DNA from: Clostridia bacterium
Lineage (GTDB): Bacteria > Bacillota > Clostridia > Oscillospirales > CAG-272
DNA: 47,475 nucleotides
Assembly: GCA_017503165.1 (NCBI GenBank)
Contig: JAFVTO010000151.1
Coordinates: forward strand, 1 to 47,475
Reading direction: 5' to 3'
Of this stretch, positions 7,974 through 17,881 are shown piece after piece (the stretch's first letter is position 1; every line of letters begins with the position of its first letter). The position numbers and the translations under genes were made by a program. The notes under the pieces were generated by a model. The model did not search any database. It saw only the letters and a list, made by a program, of their open reading frames with translations, and was not told the origin of the DNA.

Positions 7974-8088
7974 CTTTCTTCTAAACCCTTCTACCTTCAA
8001 GCTTGGAAACCTGAGCTTGCGCGATCTCCAAAAGAGCTGTCGGGCGCGTCTATACAAATGGTCGCAAGCTCAGCTCTGCGCCGTCGCA

Positions 8089-8688
8089 TTATTTTATCAT
8101 ATCCCGTACTTTAAGAACTACTCCGCACCGCTCTGCTATCCCACGGCATATCTCAATATCCTCATCAGGAATGCTTTCGCGAACCACGCTGAACAAAACC
8201 GCAGGAACGTGCTCCTTTGCCTTTGAGGCAAAATCAAGCAGCCCCTCATAAGCCTCAAGCCCGAATTCGGGCGCGCACACCTTAACGTAATCCCGGGCAT
8301 TTGCCGTGTTAAGGCTTATAGAAACTGTATCTATCACTCCCCTCATCAGCGGAGTAACATCCTTACCGTATATAAGATTGGCGTGGCCATTCGTGTTTAT
8401 CCGTATCTTTACATCCGGGTAGCTCTGTTTTATTCTGATCGATGCCTCGATCACATCGTAAAACCTGACGGTAGGCTCACCGTAACCGCAAAAAACCATC
8501 TCAGAATATCTTGTAGGATCGGCGCGGACCACAGAGTCCACTATCTCATCCACGGTGGGCTCGCGCTCAAGCCACAATTCACCGTAAGTACCGTCTGCCA
8601 CGCTCCTTACGCAAAAGGAGCAGGAATTGGTGCATCTGTTGGTAATGTTAACATACAGTCCGTTACCAACCTCATAAGCAATAACCAT
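8089..8688 (-). CDS. Radical SAM protein of the TatD-associated type
   Basis: CTNSCSFC (CxxxCxxC) lies near the N-terminus of a small protein of about 200 aa, directly downstream of tatD. The start is ambiguous between 8688 and 8775. Confidence 0.8.
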   Translation of the reverse strand: MVIAYEVGNGLYVNITNRCTNSCSFCVRSVADGTYGELWLEREPTVDEIVDSVVRADPTRYSEMVFCGYGEPTVRFYDVIEASIRIKQSYPDVKIRINTNGHANLIYGKDVTPLMRGVIDTVSISLNTANARDYVKVCAPEFGLEAYEGLLDFASKAKEHVPAVLFSVVRESIPDEDIEICRGIAERCGVVLKVRDMIK

Positions 8689-8787
8689 TTTAAATACCGA
8701 GCCTTTCTTATGCTCTGTGCGCCAAAGGGCGTACAGAGCGGCGTGAAAGTGTTCGCGGTTTATTATTCCTTCCACGCTGTCATAATA

Positions 8788-9567
8788 TTATTTCCCAAGC
8801 TTTGGGAACACCGCTCTCGCGTTCTCAGCAGATATTCTGCGAACATCGTCCGCAGTGAGATTACGGATCTCCGCTATGCGCTCGGCGGTGTACGCCATAA
8901 GCGTGGAATCGTTTCTTTTACCTCTGTGAGGATGGGGGGCAAGATATGGCGCGTCGGTTTCGATAAGAAAGCGATCCTCAGGCACTATCGCCGCCACCTC
9001 CGGGAGCTTAGCTGCGTTCTTAAAGGTAACGACTCCGGAAAAGCTGATATACCAGCCGCGTCTGATCAGCTCCCTTGCCATTTCAGGGCTACCGCTGAAG
9101 CTGTGAAACACCCCGCGAACCGACGGATGCCTACGAATCGCATCCATAATGTCTCCGTGTGCCTCTCTGTCGTGAATTACCACGGAGACGCCAAGCTCCT
9201 CAGCAATACAAAGCTGCATTTCAAGCACGCTTGCCTGCTGAGTTTTCGAGGGTTCATCATAATGATAGTCCAGACCTATCTCCCCTAAAGCCACCACCTT
9301 CGGATGGGCAAGAGCGCCCTTCAGCCATGCCGTAGTCTCAGCACAGTCTGTGACCTTATCTGCGTTTCCGGGGTGAAAACCGGCTGTTGCATAGAAAAAG
9401 CCGTATTTTTCCGCAAGCGCGATAGCGGCGTCGGTAGTTTCCACATCACAGCCCGCATTAATTACTGCGCCGACGCCGTTGGCAGTCAGGGAGTCAATAA
9501 CCGCATCTCTGTCCGCATCAAAGCGACTGTCATCGTAATGCGCGTGGGAATCTGTCATAAGTTCCAT
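8788..9567 (-). CDS. TatD-family metal-dependent hydrolase (DNase)
   Basis: Begins with DSHAHYD. Also contains GEIGLDYHY, and the His/Asp ligand pattern runs throughout. Confidence 0.9.
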   Translation of the reverse strand: MELMTDSHAHYDDSRFDADRDAVIDSLTANGVGAVINAGCDVETTDAAIALAEKYGFFYATAGFHPGNADKVTDCAETTAWLKGALAHPKVVALGEIGLDYHYDEPSKTQQASVLEMQLCIAEELGVSVVIHDREAHGDIMDAIRRHPSVRGVFHSFSGSPEMARELIRRGWYISFSGVVTFKNAAKLPEVAAIVPEDRFLIETDAPYLAPHPHRGKRNDSTLMAYTAERIAEIRNLTADDVRRISAENARAVFPKLGK

Positions 9568-9627
9568 TTTTTAACCGAGCAAATCCTTTCCGTTTTCTGC
9601 ATTCAGACCGATATGATGAAAGGGTAA

Positions 9628-9669
9628 GGCTGAGTCAGTTAGATGCATAAGACGCTAAATGACTCAGCC
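9628..9669 (-). terminator. Possible terminator after metG
   Basis: A 10-bp stem pairs GGCTGAGTCA (9628-9637) with TGACTCAGCC (9660-9669) around a large loop. The T-tail on the minus strand is only moderate. Confidence 0.4.
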
Positions 9670-9693
9670 CCAAAGCCTTCGGATATATTTTTC

Positions 9694-11649
9694 TCAGCAA
9701 ACTCTGTCGCCTATTACGGCGTCATCTGCGGCAAACAGCACACGAACGTCCTTTTCGCCCGTAGCGAGCACCATTCCGTTGCTCTCCTCGCCGTTCATCA
9801 TACGTGGCGCAAGATTTGCGACCATGATAACCTTCCGTCCTATCAGCTCCTCCGGCTTATAGAACTTAGCTATTCCGGAAAGCACCTGTCTTTTATCAAA
9901 TCCGAGGTCAAGCTGTAGCTTAAGTAGCTTTTTGGACTTAGGCACCGCAACGCAATCCAGGACCTTAGCTACGCGCAGATCAGGTTTGAGGAACTCGTCA
10001 AAGGTGATCTGGGGAGCAAGCGCCTCATACTCCTTTTCCTCTTCCTCCGCTTTAGCCTCTTCCTGCTTTTCCTCGGCTTTTGCCGTGGGGAAAGCGGCTT
10101 CTCTGTCTGCGGCTATACGCTCCATCATCTTGGCTTCGTCAATACGGGCAAAGAGTGGAGCAAGCTCGCCGAGAGTGATTCCCGACTCAAGTCCGCCGAA
10201 TTCAAGCCGGCGGTTATCCGTAGACAGAGCAGACAGTATCTTTTCTGCCGTTTCCGGAATAAAGGGTATGAGCAGGCAAGCGCCGACTCTGATGCTTTCA
10301 AGCAGGTTGTAGATGACAGTCTTCAGTCTTACCCTTCCCTCTTCAGTCTTTGCCAGCACCCAAGGGGTAGTTTCATCTATATATTTGTTTGCCCGGCGAA
10401 GCATATCAAAAACGCAACCGACCGCATCGGCAACATGATAGCCCTCCATCCCCTTGTCCACGCCGGCAATAGCCTCAAGCACCGCCGCCTTCAGCTCGGC
10501 ATCCGGTCCTTGCTCTTCTCCCGGCTGGGGAACCACTCCCTCGAAGTACTTTTTATTCATGGCTACCGTTCTGCTGACAAGATTCCCGAGATTGTTTGCA
10601 AGATCGGTATTGTACTTACCGATAAGCGCGTCATAGGTAATGCTTCCGTCGGCGCTGTATGGCATTTCGCTGAGAGCGTAATAACGAACGCCGTCAACTC
10701 CGAAATAGTTCACCAGATCATCGGCATACATTACGTTGCCTCTGGACTTGGACATTTTATCCACTCCGAAATTCATCCAGCCGTGACCGTAGATCTTCTT
10801 CGGTAACGGCTCTCCCAACGCCATAAGCAAAATAGGCCAATAGATAGTATGGAAGCGAACGATATCCTTTCCGATAACGTGAACGTCACAGGGCCAATAC
10901 TTGCTGTAAAGCTCTCCCTTTTCGTCAACGGAATATCCCATTGCGGTGATATAGTTGGAAAGAGCATCTATCCATACGTAGATAACGTGTTTTTCATCTC
11001 CCGGAACAGGAACGCCCCAGGTAAATGATGAACGGGTAACGCAAAGATCCTGCAGACCGGGCTTGATAAAGTTGTTTATCATCTCCTTGGCTCTTGCCTC
11101 AGGCTCAATAAACTCGGGATTATCCTCAATGTGCTTGAGCAGGCGATCCGCGTACTTGCTCATTCTGAAGAAGTAAGCCTCCTCCTTCGCTCTCTGCACA
11201 GGTCTGCCGCAATCGGGACACTTGCCGTCGGTCACCTGGGTATCGGTAAAGAAGGACTCGTCCGGAACACAGTACCAGCCCTCATACTCCCCTTTGTAAA
11301 TATCCCCCTGATCCAACAGCCTTTTAAATATTCCCTTGACCGCTTCCTCGTGGTAAGCATCGGTGGTCCTTATAAATTTATCGTAGCTTGCGCCGACCAG
11401 CTTCCATATACCCTTAACCCGGTCGCACACCTCGTCAACGTACTGCTTCGGGGTTATTCCCTTTTCCTTTGCAGCGTTTTCTATCTTAAGTCCGTGCTCA
11501 TCAGTTCCGGTCAGAAAGAAAACGTCGTATCCGCGCTGACGCTTATACCTTGCGATAGCATCTGTAAGGATGACCTCGTAGGTATTTCCTATATGAGGCT
11601 TTCCCGAGCAATACGGGATCGCCGTCGTTATATAAAACTTCTCTTTCAT
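9694..11649 (-). CDS. metG: Methionine--tRNA ligase with a C-terminal tRNA-binding domain
   Basis: Contains PHIGNTYE (HIGH) and KMSKSRGN (KMSKS) motifs. 651 aa. Confidence 0.95.
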   Translation of the reverse strand: MKEKFYITTAIPYCSGKPHIGNTYEVILTDAIARYKRQRGYDVFFLTGTDEHGLKIENAAKEKGITPKQYVDEVCDRVKGIWKLVGASYDKFIRTTDAYHEEAVKGIFKRLLDQGDIYKGEYEGWYCVPDESFFTDTQVTDGKCPDCGRPVQRAKEEAYFFRMSKYADRLLKHIEDNPEFIEPEARAKEMINNFIKPGLQDLCVTRSSFTWGVPVPGDEKHVIYVWIDALSNYITAMGYSVDEKGELYSKYWPCDVHVIGKDIVRFHTIYWPILLMALGEPLPKKIYGHGWMNFGVDKMSKSRGNVMYADDLVNYFGVDGVRYYALSEMPYSADGSITYDALIGKYNTDLANNLGNLVSRTVAMNKKYFEGVVPQPGEEQGPDAELKAAVLEAIAGVDKGMEGYHVADAVGCVFDMLRRANKYIDETTPWVLAKTEEGRVRLKTVIYNLLESIRVGACLLIPFIPETAEKILSALSTDNRRLEFGGLESGITLGELAPLFARIDEAKMMERIAADREAAFPTAKAEEKQEEAKAEEEEKEYEALAPQITFDEFLKPDLRVAKVLDCVAVPKSKKLLKLQLDLGFDKRQVLSGIAKFYKPEELIGRKVIMVANLAPRMMNGEESNGMVLATGEKDVRVLFAADDAVIGDRVC

Positions 11650-11797
11650 TATATACAGAATTCCTTTCTGCTTTAATATTTCGATTTAACGAGACACTCC
11701 ATGGTTTATCAGTATCGGGTTACGGTTGCCAAAAGTCAGGTCGCACCGCGTTATTTTCAACAGTCGTCGCAAATCAGTCTGCTGCAGCTACGAACCC

Positions 11798-12700
11798 TTA
11801 ACGCTCCAAGTCCTCTAATTTTCCAAGCATTCCCGAAAACCAATCGGGAAGCTGATGCTCAAAATACATTTTCTCTCCGCTGACCGGGTGAACAAAGCCT
11901 ATCGCCTTGGCGTAAAGGCATTGACCGGACAGCTCTGAGGCGTTTCGCTTTTCAAAATGAGTATGACCTCCGCCGTAAACTATATCTCCCAGCAGAGGAT
12001 GGCCTATGCTCGCCATATGAACTCTTATCTGGTGGGTACGTCCGGTCTCCAGGCGAAGCTCAACATAGCAGAAGCCGCTGTATCTTCTTAGCACCCTGTA
12101 GTGAGTGACCGCCTCTCTGCCGTCTGCCACTATCGCCATCTTCTTTCTGTCTGCGGGACATCTCCCGATAGGCGCGGAAACGGTTCCCTCATCATTTTTT
12201 GGGGAGCCGACGGTTATGGCGTGATATATCCTGTCAGCCTTATGCTCCTTAAGCTGAGCGGCAAGAAACAGATGCGCCGCATCGTTCTTCGCCACAAGAA
12301 GCAGTCCGCCCGTATCCTTGTCCAATCTGTGTACTATCCCCGGGCGTATCACTCCGTTTATAGCAGAAAGCGAGTCCGCGCAACGGTACATAAGGGCATT
12401 TACCAGCGTTCCGGTATAGTTCCCCGGCGCAGGGTGGACCACCATTCCCTTTTCCTTGTTGACCACAAGCAGCTCACTGTCCTCATACACTACCTCTATC
12501 GGAATGTCCTCAGGCAATGCATCGTCGGGTACGGGATCAGGGTATTCGATCTCCACATCATCACCTTCGCGCAAGCGATAATTTTTGGCTTGCGCTCTGC
12601 CGTTAACGGTAACAAGACCGCTCTCTATCAGCTTTTGTGCTGCCGAACGGGTAAGACCGTCGCGCTCTGAAACGTATAGATCCAGACGCTCTCCGATCAC
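11798..12700 (-). CDS. rluD: RluA-family 23S rRNA pseudouridine synthase
   Basis: N-terminal S4 domain, HRLDKDTGGLLLVAK catalytic motif, and GRTHQIRVH. Confidence 0.9.
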   Translation of the reverse strand: MIGERLDLYVSERDGLTRSAAQKLIESGLVTVNGRAQAKNYRLREGDDVEIEYPDPVPDDALPEDIPIEVVYEDSELLVVNKEKGMVVHPAPGNYTGTLVNALMYRCADSLSAINGVIRPGIVHRLDKDTGGLLLVAKNDAAHLFLAAQLKEHKADRIYHAITVGSPKNDEGTVSAPIGRCPADRKKMAIVADGREAVTHYRVLRRYSGFCYVELRLETGRTHQIRVHMASIGHPLLGDIVYGGGHTHFEKRNASELSGQCLYAKAIGFVHPVSGEKMYFEHQLPDWFSGMLGKLEDLER

Positions 12701-13371
12701 TGTACGTCACCGCTTCCCGTTTTTTTCTGCTCAGGCTCCTCTGCCACTTCCGCCGCTTCGTCTTTTTCGACTTCAAAGCCTGCGCCCAGTGTACTTCCGC
12801 CGCCGTTATCCGCAGCTTCAACGGCTTCCACCCTCTGCGTTTCGATCGAGGTACGTATTATGTCCACAACATAATAGAATGCAAGCAACGCGGCACCAAC
12901 GCACACGAAGCTATCCGCGCCGTTGAACACCCACATCCAAATCTGGGGGAAAGCACAGAAATCTATAAAATCAACCACCGTTCCGTAGGCGATGCGGTCT
13001 ATCATATTACCGATACCGCCGCCCAATACCAGCGACGAGCCGACGTAGAATATCGGCTTTGGACGGTCCCATATCAAAACTAAAACGGTGAGCGCAACTA
13101 TCATCACGCTTGAAAGGGTCATAAACACCCATCTGTGCTCGGAAAATGAGCCGAACGCAGCTCCGTCATTTGTAATGTAGGTGAGATTCAGCACGCCTTT
13201 GATAAGCGGAATACTCTCGCCTATAGTCATGGTCACCATAACCAGCTTTTTGGTTATGAAATCCACCAGCACCGTTCCAACCACTATAGAAAGGCAAAGA
13301 AGGGCATAGATAGGCTTGATCTTAATGTACTTTTTTAATAAATCAGCATTAATCATATACAATATTTCCAA
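12697..13371 (-). CDS. lspA: Lipoprotein signal peptidase II with an acidic C-terminal tail
   Basis: Contains NDGAAFG, GGGIGNMIDR, VVDFIDF and FNGAD motifs. It overlaps the rluD start by 4 nt. Confidence 0.9.
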   Translation of the reverse strand: MEILYMINADLLKKYIKIKPIYALLCLSIVVGTVLVDFITKKLVMVTMTIGESIPLIKGVLNLTYITNDGAAFGSFSEHRWVFMTLSSVMIVALTVLVLIWDRPKPIFYVGSSLVLGGGIGNMIDRIAYGTVVDFIDFCAFPQIWMWVFNGADSFVCVGAALLAFYYVVDIIRTSIETQRVEAVEAADNGGGSTLGAGFEVEKDEAAEVAEEPEQKKTGSGDVQ

Positions 13372-13386
13372 GTAATATTCAGAATT

Positions 13387-13420
13387 CGGAGCCTCAAGGC
13401 CGCGTAGCCTTAAGGCTCCG
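13387..13420 (-). terminator. Possible terminator after ileS
   Basis: CGGAGCCTCAAGGC (13387-13400) pairs imperfectly with GCCTTAAGGCTCCG (13407-13420). The U-tail is weak. Confidence 0.4.
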
Positions 13421-13451
13421 GTTTAAACAAATTGATTTAAGGTGTGGCTTA

Positions 13452-16244
13452 TCAGCCGAGGATAGCCTTGCAGCGAGGGCATACGAACTCTCCGTCAAAC
13501 GAGATAGCATTAACAGAATGCTTCCAGCATCTGGCGCACTTTTCGCCTTCAGCACGTGACACGTTCACCTCTATGCTCTGTCCGTCGGCGCACTCACCCT
13601 TGGCAAGCGATACCGCGGAAACTATAAATACGTCTGCAAGCTCTTCACCGAATGAGGCAAGGAAGCCAAGAGTATCGTCATCGGCGCACTTGACCGTGAC
13701 CTTAGCCTCGAGAGACTTGCCGATAAGCTTGGCGTTTCTTGCATTTTCAAGAGCAAAGAGAACGGTATCTCTCATATCAAAGAGTCTGTCGTAGCGCTCT
13801 TCGATCTCCTTCATGGGCTCGGCTGCGTCGTAAGCAGGCATATCGTTGAGCAGAACGTGACGCTTATCGTCAGAGCTTCTGTGAGGCATGATCTGCCAGA
13901 TCTCATCCGAGGTATATGCAAGCATAGGCGCGATCAGACGGGTGATGGCATCCAGAGCCAGATACATGGTGGTCTGAGCGGAGCGGCGGGCAAAGGAATC
14001 CTTTTCCTCAACGTATGCTCTGTCCTTAGCAATATCAATATAGAGCTTGGAAAGCTCAAGTGTGCAGAAATTGCTGATAGCGTGATACACAATGTGGAAC
14101 TGATAGTTTTCGTAAGCCTCACGGACCTCCTTTACGAGGCTGTTCAGCTTTGAAAGCAACCACTTGTCGATATCCGGCAGCTTATCCTGCGGGATCATAT
14201 CCTTATCCGGATCGAAATCCGTTCCCGCATCACCCAGGTTTGCGATCATGATACGGGCAGTGTTTCTTATTTTACGGTAAACGTCAGCAAGCTGCTTTAG
14301 AATGTCCTTGGAGATACGGACGTCAACAGTATAGTCAACGGAGGATACCCACAAACGGAGAATATCCGCGCCGTAAGTATCTATGACCTCCTTGGGAGAA
14401 ACTGCGTTTCCAAGGCTCTTATGCATTGCCTTACCCTCTCCGTCAACAGTCCAACCGTGAGTGATGATCTGCTTATAAGGAGCGCGTCCGCGAGCGGCAA
14501 TAGAGGTGAGCATTGATGACTGGAACCAGCCTCTGTACTGGTCTCCGCCCTCAAGGTAAATGTCTGCGGGGGATACCAGATCGTCTCTTTCCTCAAGAAC
14601 CGCGGCATGGGACGAGCCGGAATCGAACCATACGTCCATTATGTCGTGCTCCTTGGTGAAGTGCTTGCAGCCGCACTTGGGGCAGGCAAGTCCTGCAGGA
14701 ACTATCTCATCTGCCTCCATATCGTACCATGCATTGGAGCCTTTGGCGCGGAACAGGTCGGATACAGCCTTGATGGTTTCCTCGTTTATAATATACTCGC
14801 CGCAATCCGCGCAGTAGAAAATCGGGATCGGAACGCCCCAGTTACGCTGACGGGAGATGCACCAGTCTGCGCGCTCGCGGATCATCGCGACCATTCTTTC
14901 CTTACCCCATGCGGGAACCCATCTGATGTCGTCGCAAGCCTTAACCGCGTCGGCGGTCATATCGGAAACGGAGGCAAACCACTGCTCGGTGGCGCGATAT
15001 ATGATGGGATTCTTACATCTCCAGCAGTGAGGATATGAGTGGACCAGCTTCTTGGTAGCGAGCAGTGCACCGCTTTCCTTTATATCATTGAGAATAGCAA
15101 CGTTTGACTCGGCGGTGGTCATGCCCGCGTACTTACCCGCAAGCTCTGTCTGGCGACCGGAAGCATCTACGGGAACTATCATCTCGGGCAGTCCGTCGTA
15201 TTTTCTCCAGACATCAAAGTCCTCAACACCGAAGCCGGGCGCGGTATGAACACAGCCCGTACCGCCCTCAAGGGTTACGTGGTATCCGCAAAGAATATAT
15301 GAAACGCGATCAAGGAAGGGGTGAGCCGCCTTCATGCCGTCCATATCTCTTCCGCGAATATCCGCCAGTATCTCGTATTCCTCAATACCGGCATCCTTCA
15401 TTACGGACTCGGTCAGCTCCTTTGCCATGATATACGCCTCATCTCCAACCTTTACCACTGAGTAGTCAAAATCGGGGTTAAGGGAGATCGCCATATTACC
15501 CGGAAGAGTCCATGTGGTGGTAGTCCAGATAACAAAGTAAAGCTTTTCGGGAACGCCGGGAATATTTTTCAGTCTGCCGTCAATATCGTCGGTGACCGCA
15601 AACTTCACGTAAATGGAGTCGCAGGGGTCGTCCTGATACTCGATCTCCGCCTCCGCAAGAGCGGTCTTGTCGTACGCGCACCAATAAACAGGCTTCATGC
15701 CCTTGTAGATATAGCCCTTCTTCGCCATTTCTCCAAAGACCTCTATCTGCTTTGCCTCAAACTCCGGCTTTACGGTGAGATAGGGATTGTCCCAATCACC
15801 GATACCGCCGAGGCGCTTGAAGCCCTCTCTCTGCTTATCGACGTAGGAGAGAACGAAATCCTTGCACTTATTGCGGAAATCGGAAACACTGAGGGAATCG
15901 CGGTCCAGCTTGGTCTGCTTTATAATAGCGCTCTCGGCGGGAAGTCCGTGGCAGTCCCAGCCGGGAACGTAGGGCGCGCAGTAGCCCGACATATTGCTGT
16001 AACGCACGATAAAATCCTTAAGTATCTTATTGAGAGCGTGACCAATGTGGATATCTCCGTTTGCATAAGGAGGGCCGTCGTGAAGAATAAACTTGGGCTT
16101 ATCCGCGTTTCTCTCCATTATCAGCTTGTAAAGATCCTTTTTATCCCACTCGCGAAGCATCTCCGGCTCGCGCTGAGGAAGTCCTGCTCTCATAGCGAAT
16201 GATGTATTCGGCAGGTTGAGCGTCTTTGAAAAGTCGTTTGCCAT
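13452..16244 (-). CDS. ileS: Isoleucine--tRNA ligase
   Basis: 930 aa with PYANGDIHIGH (HIGH), KMHKSLGN (KMSKS) and C-terminal Zn-finger cysteines. Confidence 0.96.
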   Translation of the reverse strand: MANDFSKTLNLPNTSFAMRAGLPQREPEMLREWDKKDLYKLIMERNADKPKFILHDGPPYANGDIHIGHALNKILKDFIVRYSNMSGYCAPYVPGWDCHGLPAESAIIKQTKLDRDSLSVSDFRNKCKDFVLSYVDKQREGFKRLGGIGDWDNPYLTVKPEFEAKQIEVFGEMAKKGYIYKGMKPVYWCAYDKTALAEAEIEYQDDPCDSIYVKFAVTDDIDGRLKNIPGVPEKLYFVIWTTTTWTLPGNMAISLNPDFDYSVVKVGDEAYIMAKELTESVMKDAGIEEYEILADIRGRDMDGMKAAHPFLDRVSYILCGYHVTLEGGTGCVHTAPGFGVEDFDVWRKYDGLPEMIVPVDASGRQTELAGKYAGMTTAESNVAILNDIKESGALLATKKLVHSYPHCWRCKNPIIYRATEQWFASVSDMTADAVKACDDIRWVPAWGKERMVAMIRERADWCISRQRNWGVPIPIFYCADCGEYIINEETIKAVSDLFRAKGSNAWYDMEADEIVPAGLACPKCGCKHFTKEHDIMDVWFDSGSSHAAVLEERDDLVSPADIYLEGGDQYRGWFQSSMLTSIAARGRAPYKQIITHGWTVDGEGKAMHKSLGNAVSPKEVIDTYGADILRLWVSSVDYTVDVRISKDILKQLADVYRKIRNTARIMIANLGDAGTDFDPDKDMIPQDKLPDIDKWLLSKLNSLVKEVREAYENYQFHIVYHAISNFCTLELSKLYIDIAKDRAYVEEKDSFARRSAQTTMYLALDAITRLIAPMLAYTSDEIWQIMPHRSSDDKRHVLLNDMPAYDAAEPMKEIEERYDRLFDMRDTVLFALENARNAKLIGKSLEAKVTVKCADDDTLGFLASFGEELADVFIVSAVSLAKGECADGQSIEVNVSRAEGEKCARCWKHSVNAISFDGEFVCPRCKAILG

Positions 16245-16335
16245 TTTAAGATTTCTCCTTTTATATGTGTGTCTTTTTATTTTTTTATTATTGCTTTCAT
16301 TTCATTGTTTTTATTTTGTTGATCGGTTTCGAGGC

Positions 16336-16602
16336 TTACGGTATACTTTCGGCAATGATGAATACCAGCGCGGTAGCTATCAGCCCCGGCAGCATCTCCA
16401 GTGAGGGATGCCGCTCCACTGCCCGACGGAGGATACGGCGGAAGGGATAGGATATAAACTCGGAGACCGACCGCAAAAGGCTTCCGGTGGCGGTGTTCTC
16501 AGCGCCGAACCAGAACATCATCCGAGCGGATATATCCATAAAGAGAGTGAGGTAGCATACCGCTCTGAGGGTTTGTGTTACCGTACTGAAGGCAAGGCTC
16601 AT
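16336..16602 (-). CDS. YggT-family membrane protein
   Basis: 88 aa with 2 TM segments. It sits directly downstream of sepF, as in the ylmE-sepF-ylmG division cluster. Confidence 0.8.
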   Translation of the reverse strand: MSLAFSTVTQTLRAVCYLTLFMDISARMMFWFGAENTATGSLLRSVSEFISYPFRRILRRAVERHPSLEMLPGLIATALVFIIAESIP

Positions 16603-17024
16603 TTTTCCGGATGAAGGCGGGCTACGTCCTCAGAGGCAACGCTTATTCCTCTGGGAGTAAGCAGGAATGTTCTCTGAGAGGGCTGCTCGATCTTTCCCTC
16701 CACTGCGTAAAGCACGCCCGCAACGTAATCTATCATGCGCTTTGCCTCTACCTCCTCCATGTCCTCAAGATTGAGTACCACCGCCTGACCTGCCTTAAGA
16801 CAGTCGGCAACCTTGGTGACGTCACGGAACTCAGAGGGGCGAAGCACCTGCATACGCAAGGCTCCGTAGGCATTTAACGGCGCATTGGAGCGGACGGCGA
16901 CCTGTCCGCTTCGAGGAGGCTGGTCAGTGACTGCAGCCTTACTCTCCGCTATCTCGCTTTCATCCAACTCGTCATATATACTGTTTTTTCTTCTGAACGC
17001 ATCAAATAAACCCATGAGAAGCAT
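16599..17024 (-). CDS. sepF: Cell division protein SepF
   Basis: The C-terminal domain VVLNLEDMEEVEAKRMIDYVAGVLYAVEGKIE...FLLTP is typical of SepF. It lies between the yggS and yggT genes. Confidence 0.88.
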   Translation of the reverse strand: MLLMGLFDAFRRKNSIYDELDESEIAESKAAVTDQPPRSGQVAVRSNAPLNAYGALRMQVLRPSEFRDVTKVADCLKAGQAVVLNLEDMEEVEAKRMIDYVAGVLYAVEGKIEQPSQRTFLLTPRGISVASEDVARLHPEK

Positions 17025-17075
17025 CCTTTCGTTACACTATCGTTTATTTCCGGATTCGCAAGCAGTAAAGCCTAC

Positions 17076-17822
17076 TCAACCTTCGGCAGTTACCGTTTGA
17101 CGTCGTCCGAATACCGCGCTCCCTACTCTGACCAGATTTGAACCACAGCGGGCTGCCACGCGGTAGCTTTCCGACATTCCCATACTGAGAGTATCGAACT
17201 GCGTACCGGGGATAACCCTTGCCCGTATTCGCTCGTATATCTGTTCTGTTTCCTCGAAATACGGAACGTATCCGCTTTCGTCCTCAAGCTTGGGTGCCAT
17301 GGTCATAATACCCCGGAGTCTTAGGTTCGGTAGCTCTGCGATCCTTTCGCAGAACTCCTCTGCCAGCTCCGGCATAACACCCCCTTTCTCAGCCTCTCTG
17401 CCAATATTAATCTCGCAGAGAACGTCCATCCGTATTCCTTTTTCACCTGCGCGTCTGTTTATCTCCTCCGCCAGCGAAATACGGTCGACCGAGTGTATCA
17501 TATCCACCTTATCTATTATCTGCCTGACCTTATTGCTCTGCAGATAACCGATAAAATGTATCGTTAATCGCTCCCGTTCCAGCCTGTCATATTTATCGCA
17601 AAGCTCCTGCACGCGGTTTTCGCCTATCAGCGAATGTCCGCACTCACGGGCAACGAAATTTATCTGCTCGGGTGAAACAGTCTTGGTAGCCAGCAGTAAG
17701 CGGCAACCGTCGCCTGATAGCGGGTCCCGTTTCCTCGCGGCAATAATTCTGTCAAGCTCTTCCCTTACCGTCAGGAGATTTCGCACGACCTGATCGCAGG
17801 GTAGCTTATCCGTGTATTCCAT
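17076..17822 (-). CDS. YggS-family pyridoxal-phosphate homeostasis protein
   Basis: Contains LLATKTVS (PLP Lys), HFIGYLQSNK and SMGMS motifs. The probable start is MEYTDK at 17822; the ORF track extends to 17867. Confidence 0.88.
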   Translation of the reverse strand: MEYTDKLPCDQVVRNLLTVREELDRIIAARKRDPLSGDGCRLLLATKTVSPEQINFVARECGHSLIGENRVQELCDKYDRLERERLTIHFIGYLQSNKVRQIIDKVDMIHSVDRISLAEEINRRAGEKGIRMDVLCEINIGREAEKGGVMPELAEEFCERIAELPNLRLRGIMTMAPKLEDESGYVPYFEETEQIYERIRARVIPGTQFDTLSMGMSESYRVAARCGSNLVRVGSAVFGRRQTVTAEG

Positions 17823-17881
17823 TTGTATAAAGATCCTTCCTCTATGTATCAGTAACGCGGAAAGCACCGTGAGTTCCGCCT

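Noticed and set aside
8383-9288. A 301-aa plus-strand ORF.
   Set aside because: It is antisense to the radical SAM and tatD genes, spans their intergenic gap, and has no recognisable motifs.
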